A stretch of DNA of 56,842 bases from Myxococcota bacterium (GTDB lineage Bacteria; Myxococcota_A; UBA796; CAJQPC01), in contig DASCPX010000023.1 of the NCBI GenBank assembly GCA_036012755.1, forward strand, positions 1 to 56,842. Reading direction: 5' to 3'. Below are positions 1 to 11,722 of the stretch, piece by piece. The notes beneath the pieces were generated by a model, which did no database searches, was not told where the DNA came from, and saw only the letters and a list, made by a program, of their open reading frames with translations. The position numbers and the translations under genes are program-made. How positions within the stretch are numbered: position 1 is the stretch's first letter; each line of letters begins with the position of its first letter.

Positions 1-1
1 C

Positions 2-97
2 GCCGACAACGCTGACAACGCCTGCAACGCTGACAACGCTGACAACGCTGACAACGCCTGCAACGCCTGCAACGCATGCAACGCCTGCAACGCCTGC
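2..97. repeat. 9-bp tandem repeat (GCNGACAAC / GCNTGCAAC)
   Basis: Directly visible, about 10-11 degenerate units; truncated by the window edge. Confidence 0.9.
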
Positions 98-106
98 GGC
101 GCCTGA
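2..106 (+). CDS. 3' end of a gene entering from the left edge; C-terminal (A-D-N)/(A-C-N) tripeptide repeats, Cys-rich
   Basis: Frame starting at 2 reads ADNADNACNADNADNADNACNACNACNACNACGA then TGA at 104-106. Third-position variation (gct/gcc/gca) fits a coding repeat, and a strong hairpin follows. Confidence 0.7.
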   Translation, partial: ADNADNACNADNADNADNACNACNACNACNACGA

Positions 107-126
107 TTCCCCAGGGAGTCGATACT

Positions 127-154
127 CGGGACCCCGACCGCGGTCGGGGTCTCG
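127..154 (+). terminator. GC-rich hairpin, probable intrinsic terminator
   Basis: 131-150 ACCCCGACCGCGGTCGGGGT is a perfect palindrome extendable by CGGG/CTCG. It lies about 20 nt after the TGA at 106 and has a weak U-tail (TTGCTCT). Confidence 0.6.
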
Positions 155-186
155 TTGCTCTGGGCCGCAAGCGTTACTGAGCGGGG

Positions 187-1497
187 ATGGAAACGCGGAC
201 GCGGAGCAAGCTGGAGCGGATCATCAACACGGTCCTGTGGATCGTCCTGATCGTGTTCATCGGCATGGCCACACAGCACTGGTACGAGACCAACTACGTT
301 CCGGTCGAGTTCGACCAGCCCGACGACCACGCCGCGCCGCTGTTCAAGGTGAAGGACCGGGTCGATCAGGCCGACGCCACCTGGGTCCGCGAACACTTCG
401 CGACGCCGATCCCCGCCCAGGGCGAGGCTCCAGAGGACTGGACGGAGCTCGAGACCGATCTGGATCCGGCCACCTGCGGCATATGCCACCCGCAGCAGCT
501 CACGGACTGGTCCCAGTCCTGGCACGCCATCGGTATGGGGCCGGGAGTGATCGGCCAGCTCGTCGACAACGAGGCCTTCGTCAAGCCATGCCAGTCATGC
601 CATGCGCCGAACGCCGAGCAGTACCCGGTCATCGACGGCGAGGACAACCCGCACTTCTCGGCGGACCTGCAGGAGAAGGGCCTCACCTGCGCCGGCTGCC
701 ACGTCCGCCAGTGGGAGCGCTTCGGCCCGAACGACAAGCCGGCCATGATCGAGGGCGAAGAGGGCTCCGAGCCGCTCCGGAACGCCCACGGCGGCTCCAC
801 CCAGGCAGCGGATTTCAGCGACAGCATCTTCTGTGAGCAGTGTCATGATTTCCGCAGTGGCCAGCTGGGCCTCGAAGACAAGCTGCTGCAGGAGACCTAC
901 CAGGAGTGGCGCCGCAGCTCCTTCGCAGAGGAAGGCACGACCTGCCAGGACTGCCACATGCCGGGGGGGCGTCACCTCTGGAAGGGCATCCACGACAAGG
1001 ACATGGCGACCGCCGCCTTCACTGCCGTAGCGAAGCTCAACCGCGACGGCACCGGCTTCCTGGAGCCCCTCGAGGCACAGCTCACCGTGACGAACACCGG
1101 CGCGGGCCACCGCTTCCCGACCTACACCACTCCCACGGTCCTCATCGTCTTCGAGCAGCTCGACGAGGCCGGCACGCCCATCGAAGGCACGCGCCAGGAG
1201 GGCCACATCAGCCGACGCATCACCCCCGATCTCCAGAAGGAGCTGTGGGACACGCGCCTGCTGCCCGGCGAGGAGTTCACGATGGTCTATCGAGCAGAGC
1301 TCCGCGAGAACGCCCGGGGCCTCGACGCCAGGGTCGAGATCTGGCCAGACGACGGCTACACGCGCTTCTACGAGATCAAGCTGAAGAAACCGGAGAACCA
1401 CCCAGAGGGCAAGGAGATGCTCGAAGAGGCGCTGAGGCGCAGCAAGGAGGCTCGCTTCATCGCCTGGCAGAGCGAGGTCCCGGTCAACGACGGATGA
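187..1497 (+). CDS. Membrane-anchored multiheme (penta-heme) c-type cytochrome
   Basis: N-terminal TM helix; five CxxCH motifs (CGICH, CQSCH, CAGCH, CEQCH, CQDCH); GAGHRFPT motif typical of this multiheme family. Confidence 0.85.
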   Translation: METRTRSKLERIINTVLWIVLIVFIGMATQHWYETNYVPVEFDQPDDHAAPLFKVKDRVDQADATWVREHFATPIPAQGEAPEDWTELETDLDPATCGICHPQQLTDWSQSWHAIGMGPGVIGQLVDNEAFVKPCQSCHAPNAEQYPVIDGEDNPHFSADLQEKGLTCAGCHVRQWERFGPNDKPAMIEGEEGSEPLRNAHGGSTQAADFSDSIFCEQCHDFRSGQLGLEDKLLQETYQEWRRSSFAEEGTTCQDCHMPGGRHLWKGIHDKDMATAAFTAVAKLNRDGTGFLEPLEAQLTVTNTGAGHRFPTYTTPTVLIVFEQLDEAGTPIEGTRQEGHISRRITPDLQKELWDTRLLPGEEFTMVYRAELRENARGLDARVEIWPDDGYTRFYEIKLKKPENHPEGKEMLEEALRRSKEARFIAWQSEVPVNDG

Positions 1498-1516
1498 GCC
1501 GTGACGAGGGCCGAGC

Positions 1517-3130
1517 GTGAAGCCGACGAGAGTCCCTTTCCTCCTGATCGTCGCCCTGGCGCTGTATGCCGGGCTGGCCCTGACGACAGTGCGCGATGTC
1601 GGCGTCGTAGGAGAGGTCGCGGCGAGCTGGGCGCTGGAGTCCCCCCCCCGGGTGGTCACCGAGTGGGTGGACGGCGAGCCGGTCCTCGCCGATGTCGAGA
1701 CAGGCCTGCTGCGGGCCTCGCAAGTCCGACCGCTGGAGCGGCTGCAGCTGGGCCCCGTCGCCCTCCCCTTGGCCGTGAACAGCTACACAGGCGGGCCCCC
1801 GGACTGGCCGGCCCGGGCCGTCTACGCGCTGACCGGTTCACTCGGAGCGGTGACAGCCCTGCACGTGGCGCTGGGTGGGCTGCTGCTCTTGCTCGTGCAC
1901 CGCTTCCTTCGCTACCACGGCACCCCGGGCTCCGCCGGAGTCGCTGCGCTGGTGCTGGCCACCGCCTGGTCCTATGTCTTCTACCGGAAGGTCCTTGGAG
2001 GCACGGAGGTGCTCCTCCAGGCATCGGCGCTGTTGGTCCTGTGGTCCTTCTGGTCCCGCCGCTGGGCGGGGGGCCGGCTGGGCAGCGCCGCGATCGCCGT
2101 CGGCGTGGGCCTCGGCCTGCTCGCGAAGGTGACCTTCGTCGTCACGCTCCTGGCCTTCGCGCTCTCGGCCCTGGTGACCCGCTGGGACAAGCCCCTGCTC
2201 AAGCCCCCTCCCCCCCTGCCGCTCTGGAAGATGGGCGCCATCGTCCTGGTGCTGGTCTCGCCGCTGGCAGTCTCGGCCGTGGACCACCTCGGCGTCGCCC
2301 CCATCCCCAGTCACGACTACCTCGGCCTCCAACTGGAGCGCGCCATCGAGGGCCTCCACAGGTTGGTCGAGGGTGGCTCCGTGCCAGCCCGCGAAGCGAG
2401 CGGGTCACTGGGCTGGTTCCTGGTCGATCCCCTCGCCTGGTTCGGCGCTGCATACGGGGCCAGGCCACCGCCGGGCCAGGTCTTCCTGGGCATGGTCGGT
2501 TGGGGTGTCGTGCTCGGCGGCTCCGTGCTGGCCTGGGTGCGACGCCGGAAGGAACGCGCCGACGCCCTGTTGCGCTTCATGGCCCTCTTCGTGCCGCTGC
2601 AGGTCCTCCTCTTGTGGCTCGCCAACCGGGACCTCCATCACCTCGCCCAGGCCACCCCGATGGTGGCCATCTGGTTCGCCCTGGCCTGCAACCGCCTGCT
2701 GCAGCTGCGCTTCAACCCCCGCTCGCCGGGCCGGGCCGTGCTCGGAGTCGCCCTGGCCACGCCCTGGGTCGCCGCGGGGGTGCTCCACCTGCGCGCGACG
2801 GACCACGTCCTCGCCGAGCTCCCCATGCGTCACTTCACCGAGGCGGGACAGCGCGAGCTGGTCGAGCTCACAGCAGGGCGCGCTCCCCTCTGGGCCTGCG
2901 ACTACGACCTCTACGGAATGCTCGAGGTCCGCGGCGTCGAGGTGACCCACCTCTGGGCCGACCACGCTCGACGCCCCGCCCAGGACGCACTCGCCCACTT
3001 GCCGGAGGACGGCTTCTACCTCTGGGTCTCGCCGTCCGCGCCGATGATCTACAACTGCGAGAGGCCCAGGGACCTGCCCGAGGTCGACCGGCTGGGTGAC
3101 TGGGCGGTCCTCTACTCCCTGCAGAGGTGA
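1517..3130 (+). CDS. Polytopic membrane protein, GT-C fold glycosyltransferase-like (ArnT/PMT-like)
   Basis: Many TM helices, a periplasmic loop after TM1 with YTG motif, GLGLLAKVTF (GxxxxxK) motif and a C-terminal soluble domain. Confidence 0.65.
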   Translation: MKPTRVPFLLIVALALYAGLALTTVRDVGVVGEVAASWALESPPRVVTEWVDGEPVLADVETGLLRASQVRPLERLQLGPVALPLAVNSYTGGPPDWPARAVYALTGSLGAVTALHVALGGLLLLLVHRFLRYHGTPGSAGVAALVLATAWSYVFYRKVLGGTEVLLQASALLVLWSFWSRRWAGGRLGSAAIAVGVGLGLLAKVTFVVTLLAFALSALVTRWDKPLLKPPPPLPLWKMGAIVLVLVSPLAVSAVDHLGVAPIPSHDYLGLQLERAIEGLHRLVEGGSVPAREASGSLGWFLVDPLAWFGAAYGARPPPGQVFLGMVGWGVVLGGSVLAWVRRRKERADALLRFMALFVPLQVLLLWLANRDLHHLAQATPMVAIWFALACNRLLQLRFNPRSPGRAVLGVALATPWVAAGVLHLRATDHVLAELPMRHFTEAGQRELVELTAGRAPLWACDYDLYGMLEVRGVEVTHLWADHARRPAQDALAHLPEDGFYLWVSPSAPMIYNCERPRDLPEVDRLGDWAVLYSLQR

Positions 3131-3140
3131 GTGGGGTCCA

Positions 3141-3635
3141 TCACTTCAGCCGCAGCGGGAGTCCCGCGGCGCAGAGGTGGACCTCGTCGCAGACCTCTGC
3201 GACAGCCTGGGCGAGCCAGCCAGCTTCGTCGCGGAAGCGTCGGGCGAGCTCGTTGACCGGGACGATGCCGGAGCCGACCTCGTTGGTGACGAGCACGATC
3301 CCACCTCGAGCGCATCGCAGGGCACCCACGAGGCGATCCCGCTCGGCCTCTGCATCGAGCTCGGCGAGCAGCACGTTGGTCAGCCAGAAGGTGAGGCAGT
3401 CCACCAGGACGACCTCGTCGCGGTCGAGCTCCCCTGCGATGTCGATCGGGACCTCGAGGGTGGACCAGCCCGATCCTCGATCAGCCTGGTGGCGTCTCAC
3501 TCGCCGGGCCATCTCCTCGTCCCGGACCTCGGCCGTGGCGAGGTAGACGCGCTCGGTCCCGAGGCCCTCGGCGATGGTCTGCGCCAGGCGGCTCTTGCCT
3601 GAGCGAGCACCGCCGGTGATCAGGATCTTGCTCAC
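3141..3635 (-). CDS. cobU: Bifunctional adenosylcobinamide kinase / adenosylcobinamide-phosphate guanylyltransferase
   Basis: ITGGARSGKS P-loop, YLATA, EMxxRxxxH, LVDCLTFW, VTNEVGSGIVP, RRFRDEAG motifs. Confidence 0.95.
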   Translation of the reverse strand: MSKILITGGARSGKSRLAQTIAEGLGTERVYLATAEVRDEEMARRVRRHQADRGSGWSTLEVPIDIAGELDRDEVVLVDCLTFWLTNVLLAELDAEAERDRLVGALRCARGGIVLVTNEVGSGIVPVNELARRFRDEAGWLAQAVAEVCDEVHLCAAGLPLRLK

Positions 3636-3703
3636 CAGGGCTCGTACCTCGCCCCCCTACCCCATGGCAACGCTCAGGGCTGGGCACCGGGTGCCCCCCT
3701 CGA

Positions 3704-5224
3704 CTAGAACAGCGCCTTGCGCTTGCTGGAGCTGAGGATGCCCATGGCCTCGCGGTACTTGGCGACGGTCCGACGGGCGCAGGCGATGTTGTACTTGCGC
3801 AGCTCCTTGGCGAGCGCGGCGTCCGACATCGGCTTGCGGGGATCCTCCGCACCGATGAGCTGCTTGATCTTGGCCTTCACGCTCGCTGCGGCGACGTCCT
3901 CGCCGTGGACCTGTGAGATGCCGGCGTTGAAGAAGTACTTCAGCTCGAAGATGCCCTGGGGACACTGGATGTACTTGTTCGAGGTGACGCGACTGACCGT
4001 CGACTCGTGGACCCCGACCTCGTCCGCCACGTCGCGGAGGATCATCGGCTTGAGGTGCTCGACACCGCCTTCGAAGAACTCCATCTGCTTCTCGAGGATG
4101 CACTTGACGACCTTGTAGATCGTCGCCTGGCGCTTGTAGATCGACTTGATGAGGAAGTCCGCCGAGTCCAGCTTGCCCTTGATGTACTTCTTCTCCTCCG
4201 CGCTGCCCGGCTGCGACAGGACCCGCTGGTAGTAGGGGGAGATTCGCAGCTTGGGCAGGCCGTCCTCGTTCTGGACGATCTGCCACTCCTCCCCGACCTG
4301 GAACAGGTAGACATCCGGCGTGATGTACCGGGGGTCCTCTCCCGTGTAGGCGCGGCCCGGCCAGGGCTCGAAGCGCTGCAGCATCTTGTGGTACTCGACG
4401 ACGTCCTCGTGATCCATGTCCATCGCCCGGGCGACCGCCGGGTAGTTCCGCCGCTCGAAGTCCCCGAGGTGGTTGGTGATGATCTCCGTGAAGAAGGGAT
4501 CCTCCGGGTGGATGGCCTTCGCCTGGACACAGAGGCACTCCTCCAGCGTCAGCGACCCGCACCCCATCGGCTCGAGGGACTGCACGATCATCTGGGCGCC
4601 CTCGGCGTCGTCCATGTCGCAGTCGGCCTCCTCGCAGACCACCTCCAGCGGGATGGTGAGGTAGCCGCGGTCGTCGAGGTTCATGATGATGACGTTGGCC
4701 GCTCGCCGCTCCCCGTCCGTGCAGAGCTGCATCTGGACCTGCCACGCGAGGTGCTCGATGAGCGTCGTGGGCGTGGAGAGGGTGTTCTCGATGGGGGGGA
4801 GCTCCTCGCCCCGAACGACCCCGCTGCCCTTGTAGCTGCCGCTCTGGGAGTAGCTCTCGAGCAGCTTGTTCCACTCCTCCTCGCTGAGCTTCTCGTCACG
4901 CTGAGGAGGCTCTTCCTGCTTCCCGGGGGTCTCAGCGGCCTTGAGCAGGTCCGTCTCCATGGTCCCGGCGCCGTTGTTCTGCTCGACGATGTCCGCCTGG
5001 TCCTTGCGGTTGTCGTTGTCGAGCCGCGTGAGGGTCTCGGCCAGGGTCTCGTCGTGGGTGGCGCCCGGGATCTCCTCGAGCGCGGGGTTCTCTACCAGCT
5101 CGGACTGGATCTGATCGACCAGATCCATGTGCGAGAGCTGAAGGAGCTTGATCGCCTGCTGGAGCTGAGGCGTGATGACCAGCGTCTGCTGGAGCTTGAG
5201 ATGCTGTTTGAGTTCGAGCGCCAT
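3704..5224 (-). CDS. rpoN: RNA polymerase sigma-54 factor
   Basis: Gln/Leu-rich region I (TPQLQQAIKLLQLS), HESTVSR HTH and RpoN box ARRTVAKYRE. Start set at ATG 5224 (MALELKQ). Confidence 0.97.
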   Translation of the reverse strand: MALELKQHLKLQQTLVITPQLQQAIKLLQLSHMDLVDQIQSELVENPALEEIPGATHDETLAETLTRLDNDNRKDQADIVEQNNGAGTMETDLLKAAETPGKQEEPPQRDEKLSEEEWNKLLESYSQSGSYKGSGVVRGEELPPIENTLSTPTTLIEHLAWQVQMQLCTDGERRAANVIIMNLDDRGYLTIPLEVVCEEADCDMDDAEGAQMIVQSLEPMGCGSLTLEECLCVQAKAIHPEDPFFTEIITNHLGDFERRNYPAVARAMDMDHEDVVEYHKMLQRFEPWPGRAYTGEDPRYITPDVYLFQVGEEWQIVQNEDGLPKLRISPYYQRVLSQPGSAEEKKYIKGKLDSADFLIKSIYKRQATIYKVVKCILEKQMEFFEGGVEHLKPMILRDVADEVGVHESTVSRVTSNKYIQCPQGIFELKYFFNAGISQVHGEDVAAASVKAKIKQLIGAEDPRKPMSDAALAKELRKYNIACARRTVAKYREAMGILSSSKRKALF

Positions 5225-5241
5225 GGACCTCGTCCAGATTC

Positions 5242-5257
5242 TGGCACGAAAGTTGCT
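5242..5257 (+). promoter_or_regulatory. Sigma-54 -24/-12 consensus site, oriented opposite to rpoN
   Basis: TGGCACGAAAGTTGCT matches TGGCACG-N4-TTGC (GG-N10-GC), 18 nt upstream of the rpoN ATG. Confidence 0.75.
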
Positions 5258-5313
5258 AGACCACAAAGCAACCTTCGCACCACAGGGCCCTCGGAAAGGG
5301 CTGGCGCCCCGCC

Positions 5314-6962
<1,649 letters not shown>

Positions 6963-6966
<4 letters not shown>

Positions 6967-7649
6967 ATGTGCTCCTCGAGAATCTTCCGGACCCGCGCGA
7001 GGTCCTCTAGCGTGTCGACCGACGGCGAGGCGGACTCGACCACCACGACCCGGATGCGGCGCCCGTGGTCCAGCAACCGCAGCTGCTCGAGGCGCTCACG
7101 CTCCTCTCGGGCCGTCGGGCCGAGAGAGACGAAGTCCTCGAGGGCCTCGCGCCGGTAGGCGTAGAGACCCAGGTGCTGCAGCGAGCCCGAGATGGGTCCA
7201 CGGCGAAAGTCCACCGCATCGCCAGCCTCGTCCACGAGGACCCTCACTGCGCCCTCGTCGTCGCCAGGGGCGGCGAGGGTGGCGATCTGGACGCTCGCGT
7301 CGTCGAAGGCGGCGACGAGCGCGTCGATGACCGATGGATCGACGAGGGGCTCGTCGCCCTGCACGTTGACGACGACCTCGCAGTCGAGGTCCTGCACCGC
7401 CTCGTGGACCCGAGTCGTCCCACAGCGGTGCTCTGTCGAGGTCATCACGGCTGTCCCGCCGAAGACCTCGACCGCGCGGGCGATGCGCTCGTCGTCAGTG
7501 GCGACGACCACGCCCTGGACCGACGAGGCGCAAGCCCGACGCCAGACGTGCTCGACCATCGGCGCACCCGCGAGCTCGACGAGGGGCTTGCCAGGGAGGC
7601 GACTGCTCGCGTAGCGCGCGGGGATGACGGCGATGGCGTGCACAGTCAT
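6963..7649 (-). CDS. kdsB: 3-deoxy-manno-octulosonate cytidylyltransferase (CMP-Kdo synthetase)
   Basis: [41 protein letters not shown]. Start set at ATG 7649; ATGA overlap with pyrG. Confidence 0.93.
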
Positions 7650-7703
7650 GTTTGTCACGCCAGGCCTGGACTCGTCAACAGCGATCGTCCACCCAGAGCG
7701 GCG

Positions 7704-7729
7704 GAAGGCCCGCGGATGGGCGGGCCTTC
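7704..7729 (-). terminator. Hairpin after rpsI, probable terminator or attenuator
   Basis: GAAGGCCCGC-N6-GCGGGCCTTC perfect 10-bp stem about 24 nt past the rpsI stop; no clear U-tract. Confidence 0.55.
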
Positions 7730-7752
7730 GCGGGTGCATGGCTGAGATCGAC

Positions 7753-8142
7753 TCAGCGCTTGCTGAACTGGAACCGCTTGCGGGCGCCGGGGCGGCCGCA
7801 CTTCTTGCGCTCGACCTTGCGAGCATCACGCGTGAGCATGCCGGCCTTCTTCAGCGCCGGACGATTGTCCGGGTTGTTGACGCACAGGGCACGGCTGATG
7901 CCGTGGCGGATCGCGCCTGCCTGGCCGGACTTGCCACCACCGCGGACAGTGATGTGCATGTCGAAGTCGTTCGCCGACTCGGTGAGGAACAGCGGCTGCT
8001 TGAGGATCATCTTCAGCGTGTCGCGAACGAAGTAGTCGTCGAGATCCTTGCCGTTGACGTTGATTTGACCCGATCCGGAGCGAAGGAACACACGGGCGGT
8101 GGCCTCCTTCCGACGGCCGGTGGCGTACCACTGGGTGGTCAT
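7753..8142 (-). CDS. rpsI: 30S ribosomal protein S9
   Basis: [28 protein letters not shown]-terminal RKRFQFSKR. Start ATG 8142. Confidence 0.98.
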   Translation of the reverse strand: MTTQWYATGRRKEATARVFLRSGSGQINVNGKDLDDYFVRDTLKMILKQPLFLTESANDFDMHITVRGGGKSGQAGAIRHGISRALCVNNPDNRPALKKAGMLTRDARKVERKKCGRPGARKRFQFSKR

Positions 8143-8155
8143 GTGCGGGGCGCTC

Positions 8156-8605
8156 CTAGATGCTGGTTGGGAAGGGCTTGGGCTGCTGGGCCTCGTGCGG
8201 GTGCTCGGCACCCCCGTAGACCTTCAGCTTGTCGAGCATGTGCCGGCCGAGCCGGTTCTTCGGCAGCATGCCCTTGACGGCGTGCATGATCATGCGCTCT
8301 GGGTCGGTCTCCCGCACCCTCTCGGCGTTGATGCTCTTGAGTCCGCCGAAGTAGCCGCTGTAGCGGTGGTAGAGCTTCTGCTCGAACTTCCGCCCCGTCA
8401 GCTGGACCTTGGACGCGTTGACCACGATGACGTAGTCCCCAGTGTCGACGTGCGGGGTGAAGCTGACCTTGTGCTTGCCGCGCAGGACGGTCGCGATGCG
8501 GGTGGCCATGCGACCGAGGATGAGGTCCTCTGCGTCGATGACGTACCACTGCCGCACGACGTCGGCCGGCTTGGTGGAGACCGTACTGGTGGTGAGGGTG
8601 CTCAT
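8156..8605 (-). CDS. rplM: 50S ribosomal protein L13
   Basis: [44 protein letters not shown]. Start ATG 8605. Confidence 0.98.
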   Translation of the reverse strand: MSTLTTSTVSTKPADVVRQWYVIDAEDLILGRMATRIATVLRGKHKVSFTPHVDTGDYVIVVNASKVQLTGRKFEQKLYHRYSGYFGGLKSINAERVRETDPERMIMHAVKGMLPKNRLGRHMLDKLKVYGGAEHPHEAQQPKPFPTSI

Positions 8606-8657
8606 GGGTAGCCCTTGAAACAAACAGCGCCCGTGGGCCCAGGCGCGGAACCCGCCG

Positions 8658-8687
8658 CGTTTATCCGCTTGCAGCGATGCCTGTCAA
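8658..8687 (-). promoter_or_regulatory. Candidate sigma-70 promoter of rplM-rpsI
   Basis: Minus strand TTGACA-18 nt-TAAACG, about 50 nt upstream of rplM. Confidence 0.5.
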
Positions 8688-10171
8688 GGTGACCCGACGA
8701 CCCCTTTCGAGAGCTCGTAGCGGGCCGCGCGAAGGGCGCGCCACCGAGGATGCTCGGCGAGGATGACAGCGATGGCGCGCAAGGCCGGCTCCGGGTCGTC
8801 CCGAGTCGCCATCGAGAGCGCGAGGAGGGGGCGCAGAGCTGGCTCGTCATCGTCGATCCCGCGCAGGGCCTCCGCCTGCGCCTCGAGGCCACGCCCACCG
8901 GCCAACAACGCGGCGACGCGGGCGGTCCGGGCCTGTGCACCGTCCCCCTCGACGAGGGCGAGCGCCTCCGCCCCGAGCCCCCGCTCGCTGAGGCTGGCCG
9001 AGCGCCAGAGAGCGGGCCCCTCGTGCACCGGAAGCCCAGCCAACAGGCGTACGCAGTGGTGGTCGTCCGTCTTCTCGAGCACCTCCTCCCAGCTGGAGGG
9101 GGCATAGACCATCCACGGCCCCTCCAGGCCTCGCCGCAGGACGAAGCGCTGGGGATCGATCGCCTCCAGCTCGGACAGCGCAGCGGCGAGCTCGGGCCCC
9201 TCCGCGTGGGCCAGGTATTCGCGCCAGATCGCGGCGTTGTCCAGGTCCATGGCGATCGCGATGGCCCAGGCCCCCTCGGTGTTCTGCTCGCGGGCGTCCA
9301 GCACGGCCTGCTGGACCGCGTCCGGCATGATCTGCGGAGCCTCGACGCCCTCGCCGAGGGCCCAGCGCAGGCGCTGCTCGGCTTCCTGGTCGCCGGCAGC
9401 GACGTAGCGAGACAGGGCCGTCTCGTGACGACCAGCGGCCTCGGCGATGGCGCCGGAGAGGCCAGCGAGGCCCAGGTCCGCGCCCGCCTCGAGGCAGCCG
9501 GCGATCCTGGCCTCCGCCTGCACCACCAGTCCCCTGCCCCACAAGGCCCGCGCGGCGACGTCGCAGCCGTGCCCGTCGGCGGGATCTGCCTCCAACAGGG
9601 ACTCCGCGAGCGATCCGGCCTCGCCGAGCTCCCCCAGGGCGAGGTGGAGGTCGGCTCGCAGGCGGGGGTCGTCGACATCGCGCAAGCGGGACCTCGCCTC
9701 CAGGAGCCGATCCGAGGCCAGAGCCGCCGCGCCATGGGCTCGGTCCAGCCCCTCGTGGCCGGGATGGAAGCGCTCGACCGCCTCCAGCACTCGCGCCCGA
9801 TCCAACTCCCCGCCGCGCAGCGCGTCGACCTCGACCAGGAGGAGCCACGCCTCCGGTGAGTCCGGCTCCTGGCCTAGCGCGTGGTGCAGCACCCGCTCGG
9901 CTCCGCCGAGGTCCGAACGCCGAGTGAGCGCGTCCTCCGCCGCGTGGATGCAGGCCGGCACGAGGCAGTCCCCGTCGCTGTCCTGGACGAGGTCGCCGAG
10001 CACGTCACCGACTCCCTCGGGTGCCTCCGTCTCGGGCATCGACAGGGCCACCCACGCCGAACCGCAGACCACCCCCAACACAATGCAGACCGCGACCGCG
10101 AGCATCAGGATGCTGGGAGTCCGGGGGCGACTCCGCTCCCTGCGTCGTCGCCTCGGACCGGCCTGGGACAT
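8684..10171 (-). CDS. Membrane-anchored TPR-like alpha-helical repeat protein
   Basis: Basic N-terminus, single TM, repeated Ala/Leu/Glu helical hairpins (e.g. [23 protein letters not shown]). Confidence 0.65.
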   Translation of the reverse strand: MSQAGPRRRRRERSRPRTPSILMLAVAVCIVLGVVCGSAWVALSMPETEAPEGVGDVLGDLVQDSDGDCLVPACIHAAEDALTRRSDLGGAERVLHHALGQEPDSPEAWLLLVEVDALRGGELDRARVLEAVERFHPGHEGLDRAHGAAALASDRLLEARSRLRDVDDPRLRADLHLALGELGEAGSLAESLLEADPADGHGCDVAARALWGRGLVVQAEARIAGCLEAGADLGLAGLSGAIAEAAGRHETALSRYVAAGDQEAEQRLRWALGEGVEAPQIMPDAVQQAVLDAREQNTEGAWAIAIAMDLDNAAIWREYLAHAEGPELAAALSELEAIDPQRFVLRRGLEGPWMVYAPSSWEEVLEKTDDHHCVRLLAGLPVHEGPALWRSASLSERGLGAEALALVEGDGAQARTARVAALLAGGRGLEAQAEALRGIDDDEPALRPLLALSMATRDDPEPALRAIAVILAEHPRWRALRAARYELSKGVVGSP

Positions 10172-10253
10172 GCGACCTCCGCGAGCGCTGCATCCTATCC
10201 CTTGCCCGCCACCGTGGTGGGGTTAGGAGCGCGGACCACTCTGGAGCGTCTCG

Positions 10254-10946
10254 ATGCCCCTCGACAAGGCTGCCCTCGGCACCCGCTACGTCTGCTTCTC
10301 CTGCGGCGCCAGGTTCTACGACCTGAACCGCGAAGAGCCCAACTGCCCTACCTGTGGGTCGGACCAGCGCGAGAACCCCAACCCGGACCCGCGAGAGGCG
10401 CTCATGTCGCGCTTCAACAAGCGTCGTCGCAAGAAGAAGGCCCCAGAGGCCCCGGCGACCTCCGCTGACGACAGCTTCATGGCGCCGATGACCGTGGCCG
10501 ACGACGACGACGACAAGAAGGCCGACAAGGCCAAAAAGGTCGAAAAGGCCAAAAAGGCCGACGAGACCGCAAAGGCCGACAAGGCCGAAAAGCCCGACGA
10601 CGACAAGAAGGCCAAAAAGGCCGACAAGACCGAAAAGGCCGACAAGACCGCAAAGGCCGACAAGGCCGAAAAGGCCGACGACGACAAGAAGGCCAAAAAG
10701 GCCGAAAAGGCCGACGACGACAAGAAGGCCAAAAAGGCCAAAAAGGCCGACGAGACCGCAAAGGCCGACAAGGCCGAAAAGGCCGACGACGACAAGAAGG
10801 CCAAAAAGGCCAAAAAGGCCAAAAAGGCCGACGAGACCGCAAAGGCCGACGAGACCGCAAAGGCCGACGAGACCGCAAAGGCCGACAAGGCCGAAAAGGC
10901 CGACAAGGCCGACAAGGCCGAAAAGGCCGACAAGGCCGGGGCCTGA
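10254..10946 (+). CDS. FYDLN-acid (TIGR02300-like) zinc-ribbon protein with long Lys/Ala/Asp repeat tail
   Basis: [28 protein letters not shown] signature followed by a low-complexity tail. Confidence 0.85.
   Translation: MPLDKAALGTRYVCFSCGARFYDLNREEPNCPTCGSDQRENPNPDPREALMSRFNKRRRKKKAPEAPATSADDSFMAPMTVADDDDDKKADKAKKVEKAKKADETAKADKAEKPDDDKKAKKADKTEKADKTAKADKAEKADDDKKAKKAEKADDDKKAKKAKKADETAKADKAEKADDDKKAKKAKKAKKADETAKADETAKADETAKADKAEKADKADKAEKADKAGA
10497..10938 (+). repeat. Mosaic 9-bp-module coding repeat ([15 protein letters not shown])
   Basis: Recurrent AAGGCCGAC, AAAAAGGCC and GAGACCGCA units directly visible. Confidence 0.9.
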
Positions 10947-10956
10947 GGGACCTGGG

Positions 10957-11718
10957 TCAGGGGACCAGCGACGTGGGCGGATAGTCGACCCGAACGAGGA
11001 ACAGGCCGCACCCGGGCACCGTGCGTCCGCCCTCTCGGCGGTCGCGCAGCGCGAGCAGCTCACCGATCCAGGCGGGCTCCCGGCGCCCCCGGCCCACCTC
11101 CAGCACGGAGCCCACGAGGTTCCGCACCATGTGGCGCAGGAACCCACCACCGTAGATCTCGAACCAGATCTCGTCGTCCACGACGCGGACCTCGGCCCGG
11201 TCCACCCGCCGAACGGGGCTGTTCGCCGAGCAGCCCGCGGCGCGGAAGCTGGTGAAGTCGTGAGTCCCGACGACGTGAGCGAGCCCGGCGCGCATGTCGT
11301 CGATGTGCAGGGGCCAGCGCACCCCCCAGTGGCGGCCGCGGCGCAAAGCCGAGCGACCCGGCCCCTGGCGGATGACGTAGCGGTAGAGCTTGCCGATCGC
11401 CGAGCGCTGGGCGTGGAAGTCCAGGTGGGCCTCTGCTGCTTCGAGCACGGCGATGTCCTCTGGGAGGTGCGAGTTCATGCCCTCCAGGAGGTTGTGCGGC
11501 CGCCGCTCGATGCTCGTGCGGAAGCTGCACACCTGGCCCAGGGCGTGGACACCGGCGTCGGTCCGACCAGAGGCGATGACGGCCACCCTCTCGTCTACGC
11601 CAAGCACGTGAGCGACGGCGTCCTCGACCTGTTCCTGGATGCTGAGGACGTCGGGCTGTCGCTGCCAGCCGCAGTAGCCCCCGCCGTCGTACTCGAGCAC
11701 GAGACGCCAGGTACGCAC
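10957..11718 (-). CDS. truA: tRNA pseudouridine(38-40) synthase
   Basis: [43 protein letters not shown]. Confidence 0.97.
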   Translation of the reverse strand: MRTWRLVLEYDGGGYCGWQRQPDVLSIQEQVEDAVAHVLGVDERVAVIASGRTDAGVHALGQVCSFRTSIERRPHNLLEGMNSHLPEDIAVLEAAEAHLDFHAQRSAIGKLYRYVIRQGPGRSALRRGRHWGVRWPLHIDDMRAGLAHVVGTHDFTSFRAAGCSANSPVRRVDRAEVRVVDDEIWFEIYGGGFLRHMVRNLVGSVLEVGRGRREPAWIGELLALRDRREGGRTVPGCGLFLVRVDYPPTSLVP

Positions 11719-11722
11719 GGCC

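Noticed and set aside
10005..11150. Minus-strand ORFs with GLV/GLF or SAF repeats, resembling membrane or zipper proteins
   Set aside because: Antisense shadows of the K/A/D repeat in the FYDLN gene, which has a recognisable domain.
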